Origin: Malacoraja senta
Lineage: Eukaryota
NCBI GenBank assembly: GCA_038087875.1
Contig: CM075994.1
Location: 806,001-870,000 of the forward strand
Direction of reading: 5' to 3'
Length of the DNA: 64,000 nt
The translations under genes were made by a program, and so were the position numbers. Numbering within the stretch: position 1 is the stretch's first letter; each line of letters starts with the position of its first letter. The notes under the pieces were generated by a model, which was not told the origin of the DNA, searched no databases, and saw only the letters and a program-made list of their open reading frames with translations. Below are positions 11,098 to 21,535 of this stretch, one piece after another.

Positions 11098-13493
11098 ACT
11101 TGATGTCCTTGGTGATCCTGTTTCGAGGAAAGTGCGGTCTCTCCAAAGACATCACCTGCTACATGATGGCCATGGCGATGGGTGATCTCATGGTGTTGGT
11201 CTTCAACGTCATAGTCAGCCAGATAGTCAGGTACGTACTGGATACCTGCTCCAACCTCTTCTACTGCATGTGTAGGAAGGAACTGCAGATGCTGGTTTAC
11301 GCCGAAGATGGACACAAAATGCTGGAGTAACGCGGCGGGACAGGCAGCATCTGGGGATAGAAAGAATGGGTGACGTTTCGGGTCGAGAGCCTTCTTCAGA
11401 CTGAGAGACAGTGGAGGGGGACACGCAGAGATATGAAAAATAAAGGGGTGAAAACGAGACTTCAAATGGGACGCTGTTACCATACAATACGATAGAACGT
11501 TACTAATCCCAGGAGGGGAAGTATTCTGCTAACAGTCATAAAAAAAACAAGATACATTAAATTAAAGTGACGAATGGAAAGGCTTGGGGATGTGCAAAGA
11601 TTTGGGAAGGGGGGTGGGGGTGAAGTGGTATTCCGATCAAGGGAAAAGTGGAATGGACCATTGTTAGCTCGGGGAAGTGGACAACGAAGCAAAGAGAGAT
11701 AAATATTTAATCAAAGGGACAGTCAGACTGGTCGGGGAATTAGGATGGGATGGAGAGAGAGGAAAAGCAAGGGTCACTTGGAGTTAGAGAAGTCAAGCTG
11801 GGGTGTAAGCTGCCCGAGCGAAACACGAGGTGCTGTTGCTCCTGTTTGCGCTGGGCCTCACTCTGACAATGGAGGAGGCCCCTGACAGAATGGGTAGGTG
11901 TGCGAATGGGAGGAGGAGTAAAAGTGTTTGGCCACCGGGAGATATCCCAGTTCCCGATGTGGCCTCCTGGACATCGACAACACAATGTGTAGACTGGGCG
12001 AAAATTTCGCCGAACACTTGCGCTCGGTCCGCCAAGACCTGCTGGATATCCCGGTTTTTAACCATTCCCTTCCCGTTACCACACTGACCTTTTTTTTTAA
12101 TCCTGGGCCTCCTTCACTGCCAGAGTGAGGCCACACGCAAACTGGAGGAACAGCATCTTACAACCCAACGGTATGAACATTGAATACTCCGATTTTAGGT
12201 AACCTTTCACCAACCTCCCGCAAAGCCCATTCCATTCTACCCCACACCACCCCTCTCTCTTCCCACGCCTCCCCGCTCCTGTTCCCCGCACAGCACTAAA
12301 GACCTGGGTTCGACTCTGACTTTGGTGTGTCTGTGTGTAGTATGAACATTCTGCCTGTGACTGCGTGGGTTTTATCCAGGTGCTCCGGATTGCTCCCACT
12401 CTCCACTGGTCTGATTGCAAAAGTTAGAGGAAACCTTGGGCACCCGGAGAATACCCACGATGTCACGGGAGAACGGCCAATCTCCGGGCACACTGCACCC
12501 GTAGTCAGAATCGAACCCGGGACTCTGGCAGCAACTCTACCGCTGCGCCACCGTGCCGACCCGCTGCGTTACTCCAGCGTTTTGTGTTTATCTTTCCTCC
12601 ATTTGCTGCCTGACCCGCTGAGTTACATCTAGCGTTTTGTATATCTATTTTTCTTTCCAGAGCCGCTGCCTGACCCGCTGCGTCACCCCGGCGTTTCTTG
12701 TCCTTTCAGGTACCACTTCCCCGGGTCTCCGCTCCGCTACACGCCCGTGTGCCGGCTCAGTGCCTACCTGCAAGGCTTCAGTTTCCAGCTCAATACCTGG
12801 TTCACCGTGTCCTTCACGTGTGACCGTTTCGTGGCTATCTGTTGCCGGAAGCTGAGGCGCACTTATTGCACCGAGAGAACCGCGGCCATGGTGCTAGCGG
12901 CGGTAGGAATGGTCAGCGTGTTGACGAACGCGCCCTTGCCTCTCCGCTACCGGCCCTGTTTCACCGTTCACCGTGTGGCCTTCGATTGCTGCCTTTTGCC
13001 GGGTCACCTGGAATACCCGCTGTGGTCCGTCCATCGCTGGGCCTCCTTCCTCCTCAACACCCTCCTCCCCATTCCCGCCCTGCTGCTTCTGAATTCGCTG
13101 ACCGCCAGACACATTCTAGGGGCCAGCAGGGCCCGACTGGCCTTGAAGGGCTCTTGCCAGGTGGGCGGGGGCAACGACCCCGAGGTCAGGAGCCGGAGGG
13201 CGTCGGTCGTCCTGCTGTTTGCCGTCTCCGGGAGCTTCGTGGCGCTGTCCGTTCCCATCACGGTGATCCACGCCTGGGTCGGGGTGAGCACGACGGTGAT
13301 GTTCCGCGGCCCCCGCTCGCTGTACGTGCAAGTCGCGATGTTGCTGAAGTGCCTCGGTTCCTGCACAAACATCTGTGTGTACGCCCTGACCCAGAGCAGG
13401 TTCAGAGCGCAGTTGAACGCCCTGCTCACGTCCCCCTTCGCTGCTCTGTGCATAGGTGTTAAGGTGAGGGGGAAAGATGTCCGAGGAACCTGA
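11098..13493 (+). CDS. GPR139/GPR142-like GPCR, copy B; 5' end missing at assembly gap
   Basis: Exon 2 is <11098-11230 (first 3 nt in the N gap) and exon 3 is 12710-13493 (784 nt, an in-frame 6-nt deletion removes AA in SLYAAVQ). There are no stops in the spliced frame. Exon 1 is not visible. Confidence 0.8.
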
Positions 13494-14274
13494 GGGGTAC
13501 CCTTCAGCCAAAACCTGCTCACAATGGCCACCATGCTCCGTCTACACTAGTCCCACCGGCCTGCATTTGGTCCATATCCCTGCAAACCTGTCCGATCCAT
13601 GTACGTGTATAAATGTTTCTTAAACGTTGTGATAATTAACCCTATGTCCTGCACTTAGAACTTGGAACTTAGCACTGCAACACAATGTCCGTGCCACAAT
13701 GACCGTGCCAAACACGATGGCAAGATCATCTAATCTCTATGTTGCCGCGTGGGTTTCCTCTCGGGGCTGCATTTCCTTCCACACCCTAAAATTTTTGTAG
13801 GATAATTGGACTCTCCAAATTGCCAATTAGAGAATAGGGAGTTCTCCTCTCTCCCCTTTTCTCCCCTCTCCCATCGAGCAAAATGTAAAGAAATATGAAA
13901 ACACACACCTCAAGTTTCAGGGATAGTTCCTTCCCAACTGTTATCAAGAAACTCAAGCATCCTACCACAACCAGTGAGCAGTGCTAAATTATTATCTACC
14001 TCATTGGTGACCGTCGGACTATTTTTTAACGTAATTTACTGGATTAACCTTGCACGAAACGTTATTCCCTTATCGTGTATCTGTACAATGTGGACGGCTC
14101 CATTGTAATCATGTATTTTCTTTCCGCAGACTGGATAGCACGCAACAATAAGTTTTAACTGTACCTCCGTTAACGTGGCAACAAACACAACGAAATTATT
14201 CCTACTGTATGCTTCTACTAGGGAGACAGATAGACACTTTTATTGTTCCAGATTAAAAAAAAAACATGAATTGG

Positions 14275-15650
14275 ATCATCATTGAATCATTGAACCATTG
14301 AACCATTCAACCATTGAATCATTGAATCATTGAACCTTTGAATCATTCAACCATTCAGCCAGTGAACCATTGAATCATTGAACCAGTCAGCCATTGAGCC
14401 ATTGAGCCATTCAATCATTGAACCATTGAGCCATTGAATAATTGAACCAATGATCCATTGAACTATTGAACTATTGAGGCTTGAATCATTGAATCATTGA
14501 CTCATTGAATTATTGAGCCATTGAACCAATAAGCCATTGAACCATTGAATCATTCAACCATTGAACCATTATAACCATATAACCATATAACAATTACAGC
14601 AAGGAAACAGGCCATCTCGGCCCTTGTAGTCCGTGCCGAACACTTATTCTCACCTAGTCCCATTTACCTGCACTCAGACCATAAGCCATTGAACCATTGA
14701 AACAAGGAATCATTGAATCATTGAACGATTGAGCCATTGAATCATTGAACCATTGAACGATTGAGCCATTGAGCCATTGAACCATTGAATCATTGAGCCA
14801 TTTGTCCTTTAATCTGGTTGATCACAAACTCTGTTCTCATTGGGTCCATTCGAAGCGGGGAGAAATCTCGTCTGCACGGAGTAAATAACATTAATTGAAT
14901 CATTGCACTACAGAACCATTGAATCATTGAGCCAATGAATCATTGGATCATTGAATCATTGAACCGTTGAGCCATTGAGCCATTGAGCCATTGAACCATT
15001 GAACCATTGAATCATCGAATCATTGAACCATCGAATCGAACAATTGTTTCATTGAGCCATCAAAACATCGAACCATTGAACCATTGAATCATGGAATCGT
15101 TGAATCATTGAATCATTGAGAAATTTTGAATCATTGAATCATTGAACCATTGAGCCATTGAACCATTGAACCATTGAACCATTGAGCCATTGAATCATTG
15201 AATCATTGAATCATTGAATCATTGAACCATTGAGCCATTGAGCCATAGAGCCATTGAACGATTGATTCATTGAATCATTGAATCATTGAACCGTTGAACC
15301 GTTGAGCCATTGAGCCATTGAACCGTTGAGCCATTGAACGATTGAGCCATTGAATCATTGAATCATTGAACCAATGAACCATTGAACCATTAAATAATTG
15401 AACCATTGAATCATTGAACCATTGAGCCATTGAATCATTGAGAAATTTGGAATCATTGAATCATTGAATCATTGAATCATTGAACCATTGAGCCATTGAG
15501 CCATTGAATCATGGAGCCATTGAACCATTGAGCCATTGAATCGTTGAACCATAGAGCCATTGAGCCATTTAGCCATTAAGCCATTGAACCATTGAGCCAT
15601 TGAATCGTTGAACCATAGAGCCATTGAACCAATGAACCATTGAGCCATTT
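14275..15650. repeat. Octamer satellite (CCATTGAA/TCATTGAA/CCATTGAG)n, unit B
   Basis: Direct reading. Confidence 0.95.
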
Positions 15651-15794
15651 GTTCTTTACAAACTTTGTTCTCATTGGGTCCATTCGGAGCGGGGAGAAAT
15701 CTCGTCTGCACGGAGTAAATAACATAAACTGCAGTCACTGAATTCACTGTTTCACAACGGGACACGAAATGGAATATTATTTCAATGTTTCTAT

Positions 15795-16394
15795 AGAGAA
15801 TAGACGCAGGAGTGGGCCATTCGGCCCGTCGAACTAGCAGCGCCATTCAATGTGACCATGGCTGATCATCCCCAATCAGTACTCCGTTCCTGCCTTCTCA
15901 CCATATCCCCTGACTCCGCTATCTTTAAGAGGCCGATCTAGCTTTCTCTTGACAGTATCCAGAGAACCAGCCTCCACAGGCAGAGAATTCCACAGAATCA
16001 CAGCTCTCTGTGTGAAAAGGTGTTTTCTCATCTCCGTTCTAAATGGCTTACCCCTCAGTCTTAAACTGTGGCCCCTGGTTCTGGACTCCCCCAACACGTG
16101 TCCTGCCTCTAGCATGTCCAAACCCTTAATAATCTTATATGTTTAAATAAGATCCCCTCTCATCTAAATTCCAGAGTATACAAGCCCAGCCGCACCATTC
16201 TCTCAGCATATGACAGTCCCGCCATCTCGGGAATTAACCTTGTATACCTACGCTGCACTCCCTCAATAGCAAGAATTTCCTTCCTCAAATAAGGGGACCA
16301 AAACTGCTCATAATACTCCAGGTGTCGTCTCACTAGTGCCCTGTACCACTGCAGAAGGACCTCTTTGCTCATATACTCGACTCCTCTTGTTATG
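15795..16394 (-). mobile_element. CR1-type LINE 3' fragment (also ~26835-27435 and ~45495-46095)
   Basis: Same CR1 C-terminal motifs on the minus strand, truncated at the duplication junction. Confidence 0.85.
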
Positions 16395-16653
16395 ACTAGA
16401 GAACACACTGAATCATGTGGATATCCCAAAAGCTATTGAAGGTGTACAATTCATCAATACATTAAAACAAGGTGCCAGTTAGTACCTGTTGTCAACCTAT
16501 TCATGTTCCCTACCTTTGAACTCCGCTCCTTGAGGTTTCAGAAGACGATAGGCAGACCATTTGACATGCTCGCTGTTATTACAATTATACATCCAATACA
16601 TACAGACTTGCCATTAATACATTTGGCGTCACTAACTTTAAGTTTTAGCTTCG

Positions 16654-16892
16654 TTTAGTTTAGTTTAGTTTAGAGATGCAGCGTGGAACAGGCCCTTCGG
16701 CCCACCGAGTCCGTGCCGACCAACGATCCCCGCACGTTGACACGATCCCGCACACACTAGGGACAATTTACATTTCTACTAAGCCAATTAACCTACCTAC
16801 CTGTACGTCTTTGGAGTGTGGGAGGAAACCGAACATCTCTGACGGAGGTCAAGGGGAGAACTTACAGACAGCACCCATAGTCGGAATCTAAC
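16654..16892 (-). mobile_element. tRNA-derived SINE, 5'-truncated (also ~653-895 +, ~9080-9325 +, ~27695-27932 -, ~46355-46592 -)
   Basis: Body ggtttcctcccacactccaaagacgtacagg..gtgggccgaagggcctgt with a (CTAAA)n tail; matches the full SINE at 56490. Confidence 0.8.
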
Positions 16893-16904
16893 CTCGGCCA
16901 TGTA

Positions 16905-17125
16905 GATGATGTTGGAGGAGATGCCAGTCAACCTCTGCCTCATCTGCATTTGCACCTCCTCGCCCCGACAGTCTTTTCAGGTGAGGCAGAGGTTCACTTG
17001 CATCTCCTACAACCTCATCTACTGTATCCGCTGTCCCAGGTGTGAACCTCCGCACATCGGCGAGACCAAGCGCAGGCTCGGCGATCGTTTTGTTGAACAA
17101 CTCCGCTCAGTCCGTCTTAACCGTC
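16905..17125 (+). mobile_element. Penelope-like element GIY-YIG endonuclease fragment (also ~425-640 -, ~8845-9065 -, ~27946-28165 +, ~46606-46825 +)
   Basis: FQVRQRFTCISYNLIYCIRCPRCEPPHIGETKRRLGDRFVEHLRSV is a GIY-YIG pattern (IYC..C..C..YIGET.R.L..R..EH). Confidence 0.8.
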
Positions 17126-17896
17126 TTAAGTTGAAGCAATTTAAGTATCCTTTATTGTCATTTAGACATTTCAGTCTGAGCGAAATTGTATACCTTGCAG
17201 TCATAACATAGAATAAAATAACAAAACACACAGATAACACAGTTTAACATCCACCACAGTGAGTCTACCAGGCACCTCCTCATTGTGATGGAAGGCAAAA
17301 ATCTTAAAGTCCTTGTAATTTCCCTCCGCGTCTCCCTCTACTTTGAGGCGATCCAGGCTTCCGGTGTTGGGCATCCCAGCGGCTCCGCGAACGGGCTGGT
17401 TCAAACTCCGTGGCCCGGGGCGGTCGAAGCTGCCGAAGCTGCCAACCACCAGTCCAGCGGACGAAGCTGATGTTGCGGGAGCTCCGGAGAACCGGTCACC
17501 AACCTGGTACCTGCGAGCTCCCGACGTTGTCGTCCACTGGGCCCGCGGCCGAGCCTCCGAGGCTCCGAAGTCGGGTCGCCGCCACCACAGCCCCGAAATC
17601 GGCCAACCTCGCGATGGTAAGTCCTGGCTCTGCCTCCGGAGCCTCGAGGTCGGTTCCTGTTGGAGGCCGCCAGCTCCGCGATTAGGCCTCAGCGCAGACG
17701 GAGACGGAGACGGGGGATACGACAAGAAAAGGTCGCACCCCCCCCCCCGATGGAGGACACTAAAGTCAAATTCTCCCATTCCCCCCACACATACACAACT
17801 AAAATAAACGAAATAAACTAAACAACTGGACAAAAAGAAAAGACAAACGGACTGCAGGTGAGCCGCAGCTGCTTGGGCAGCGCCGCCACTTCCGGA
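17126..17896 (-). mobile_element. Unclassified GC-rich non-autonomous retroelement (also 1-420 +, 8293-8840 +, 28166-28960 -, 46826-47630 -)
   Basis: Begins CCGGAAGTGGCGGCGCTG, is CpG-rich, has no conserved ORF, and ends ...atttcg...aatgacaataaagg like the Rex1 3' end. Confidence 0.55.
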
Positions 17897-18084
17897 CATC
17901 GAAATCTGATAGAGGATAGACCAAGGGTCACCAAAAGGGTAGATAGTAGTTCAGGATTGCTCTCTGGTTATGCTAGGGTGTATCAATTGCCTGATAACAG
18001 CTGGGAAGAAACTGTGCCTGAATGTGATGATGTGCCTTTTGAGATCAAGTTTCAGATCAAGTTTCCGAGCTGTACCACTCAACT

Positions 18085-18374
18085 AACCTAAAATAAACGA
18101 ATCAAAACTAAACGATACTCGACTAGAATAGACTAAACTAAACTAAATTAAACTAAACTAAATTAAACTAAACTAACTTGGCTAAATTAAATTGAACGAA
18201 ACATCATGAAATGGAACAAAACAAAACTAAACTAGATTAATGATAACATAACTAATTAAAGCAAACTAATACACTGAAGTAAACTAACTAAAGCAAACTA
18301 ACTAAATTAAATTAACTAAAGCACACTAATTAAACTAAACTAGTGATTACACTAACTAAACTAAACTAGTAAAC
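18085..18374. repeat. AT-rich degenerate (CTAAA)n tract upstream of the GPCR (also ~7845-8105, ~29150-29440, ~47815-48068)
   Basis: Direct reading. Confidence 0.9.
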
Positions 18375-21340
18375 AAGTAGAACGCCAGAGGAGTCGCGGG
18401 GCGGCAGAACACCAGCGCCCACCAAGCCAGCTCGGCCGACCGGAAGCACCAACAGACGGCGACGTGAACGGAAGCACCGCCGGGGACGCAGAGGTGGGGT
18501 AAAGGCCAGGTTAGAGCTAGTCCCACACAGGCTAGCGATTCCTAGCCTTTTCCTCGCCAACGTGCGCTCACTGGCAAACAAAAAATGGACGAACTCCGGC
18601 TAAGGATCACCTCCCACAACTGGATCAAAGACTGCAGCATCTTGATCCTCACTGAAACTTGGCTCAACACCGACGTTCCTGACAGCACCATCCAGCTAAC
18701 GGGGCGGCATTTACTCCGAGCGGACAGGACAATAGACTCCGGTAAGACCAGAGGTGGAGGTCTGTGCATTTATGTAAACAAAGCATGGTGCGCGGACACC
18801 ACCATCATCGAGAGTCACTGCTCAGCTAACCTAGAGTTCCTCTTGGTTAGATGCAGACCGTCCTATCTGCCCAGAGAGTTTACCTCCACTGTTGTGACTG
18901 CAGCCTATTCCTCCTGATGCTAATGCCAAGCTTGCAATGAAAGATCTGCATACTGCCATTAGCAAACAACAGACTCACAACCCCGAGGCAGCCTTCATTG
19001 TTGCGGTTGACTTCAATCACTCCAACCTGAAGACTGTACTCCCCAAATTCCACCAACATGTCTCCTTCGCCACTAGAGAAGACAAGACACTGGACAAAGT
19101 CCACACCAACATGGCTGAAGCTTACAAAACCGTCCCCCTCCCCCACCTTGGACAGTCTGATCACCTCTCATTGTTCCTGCTCCCAAAGTACTCCCCACTC
19201 ATCAGACGGGTTAAACCCACTGTGAGGACAGTTAAAGTCTGGTCAGAGGATGCGGACTCCACACTTCAGCAGTGTTTTGGAAACACTGACTGGAAGGCGT
19301 TTGCAGCCCAGGCCACCCTTGACTCCCACATGGACATTGACTCCTATACATCCTCTGTTCTGGACTTTATAAACTCCACCATCAACAGTGTCACCTCCCT
19401 CAAACGGGTGACCATATTCCCGAATCAGAAGCCATGGATGAACAGCGAGGTCAGGCTACTGCTCAAAGCACGGGACACCGCTTTCAGGTCAGGCGATGCC
19501 CGAGCCTATAGTTCATCCAGGGCTAACCTGAAGACGGGCATAAAGAAGGCCAAGCACTGCCATCAGCTCAGGATTGAGGAGCACTTCAACAACAACTCCG
19601 ACCCCCGACGCATGTGGCAGGGCATCCAGGCCATCATGGACATTAGACCCACCAACACCACCCCCACATCCAGCAACGCCTCCTTCCATGAGGAGCTTAA
19701 CCACTTCTATGGCCGCTTCGATAGGGACAATCGGCTGTTGGCCATCAAGGCGGTGCTCCCTGCCGATCACCAGCCCCTCTCACTCACCCCCCTACGACGT
19801 GTACGTGGCAGTGTGTAGGACTAATGCACGTAAGGCTGCTGGCCCCGACGGCATCCCCGGGCGCGTCCTCAGGGCCTGTGCTGCGCAGCTGACAGACGTC
19901 TGGACTGACATCTTCAACCTGTCACTTGCCCAAGCAGTTGTGCCCACGTGCCTTAAATCCACCTCCATCGTGCCGGTGCCAAAACACTCCACTGCGGCGA
20001 GCCTCAACGACTTCCGCCCAGTTGCACTTACTCCCATCATCGCCAAGTGCTTCGAGAGGCTGGTCCTGGCACACCTCAAAGGCTGCCTACCCCCCACATT
20101 GGATCCCTATCAGTTTGCCTACCGCAAGAACAGGAGTACGGAGGATGCCATCTCAACGGCACTTCACTCTGCCCTCTCCCACCTCGACAACAGAGACACT
20201 TACGTAAGGATGCTGTTCATCGATTACAGCTCAGCATTCAACACCATCATACCCTCTAAACTGATCACCAAACTCGGTGACCTGGGCATCGACCCCTCCC
20301 TCTGCAACTGGATACTGGACTTTCTAACCAACAGACCCCAGTCTGTTAGGTTAGACAAGCACACCTCTTCAACCCTCACCCTGAACACCGGCGTTCCACA
20401 AGGCTGAGTGCTGAGCCCCCTCCTCTACTCCCTCTTCACCTACGACTGCACACCTGTACATGGTACTAACACCATCATCAAGTATGCAGATGATACAACG
20501 GTGATTGGCCTCATGAGCAACAACGATGAGTCGGCCTATAGGGAGGAGGTCCAGCTCCTAGCAGCATGGTGCACTGACAACAACCTGGCCCTTAACTCCA
20601 AAAAGACCAAGGAGCTCATTGTAGACTTCTGGAAGTCTAGGGACGGCAAGCACACCCCCATCCACATTAACGGGACGGAGGTGGAACGTGTTTCCAGCTT
20701 CAGGTTCCTGGGGGTCAACATCTCCGATGACCTCTCTTGGACCAACAATACCTCAACTCTGGTCAAGAAGGCTCACCAGCGTTTCTTCTTCCTGAGGAGA
20801 CTAAAGAAGGTCCATCTGTCTCCTCAGATTCTGGTGAACTTCTCCCGCTGTACCATCGAGTGCATCCTTACCAACTGCATCACAGTATGGTATGGCAACT
20901 GCTCTGTCTCCGACCGGAAAGCACTGCAGAGGGTGGTGAAAATTGCCCAACGCATCACCGGTTGCTCACTCCCCACCATTGAGTCTGTCCAAAGCAAGTG
21001 TTGTCTGCGAAGGGCGCTCAGCATCGCCAAGGACTGCTCTCACCCCAACCACAGACTGTTTACCCTCCTACCATCCGGGAGGCGCTACATGTCTCTCCGT
21101 TGCCGGACCAGCAGGTGCAGGAACAGCTTCGTCCCTGCGGCGGTTACACTACTCAACAGTGTACCTCGGTGACTGCCAATCACACCCCCCCCCCGGACAC
21201 TCCTCCCACCAGGATTTATTAGATGTATTTATTTACTGCTCATATTTATATCGCTCTTCTAGGGAGATGCTAACTGCATTTCGTTGTCTCTGTACTGTAC
21301 ACTGCACAATGACAATAAAGTTGAATCTGAATCTGAATCT
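18375..21340 (+). mobile_element. Rex1/Babar-type non-LTR retrotransposon (APE endonuclease + RT), inactivated
   Basis: Motifs [60 protein letters not shown] and LLPSGRRY. The 3' UTR has AATAAA and an (AATCTG)n tail. Frameshifts near 18583, 18907 and 19790, and a TGA at 20405-20407. Confidence 0.9.
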
Positions 21341-21477
21341 TATGTAATGACTGTGGCTGTGAGTGCAATGTTATCTCTGAGGATCATTAGGTCTCATTAG
21401 TGCTGGTTTGCGAACCCTTGCGTTGAATATTTGCTCTGGCTAATGACATGGATGTCGCAAGAGACCATCTGCTCACG

Positions 21478-21483
21478 TATAAA
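21478..21483 (+). promoter_or_regulatory. Candidate TATA box of GPCR copy C
   Basis: TATAAA starts 58 nt upstream of the ATG. It is conserved in D and E and reads TATAAG in pseudogene A. Positional evidence only. Confidence 0.3.
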
Positions 21484-21535
21484 ACCTTCCGTTTCCAAAG
21501 CACCCCATTCATAGAGCGCCTCCTTTCCCCAGAGG

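Larger units (their letters stand above)
11098..16394 (+). repeat. Segmental duplication unit B (partial)
   Basis: Collinear with the 3' part of units C, D and E from exon 2 to the CR1 junction. Confidence 0.9.

Noticed and set aside
17201..17899. 232-aa and other overlapping ORFs in the GC-rich element
   Set aside because: Frames are not preserved between paralogous copies and there are no protein motifs.
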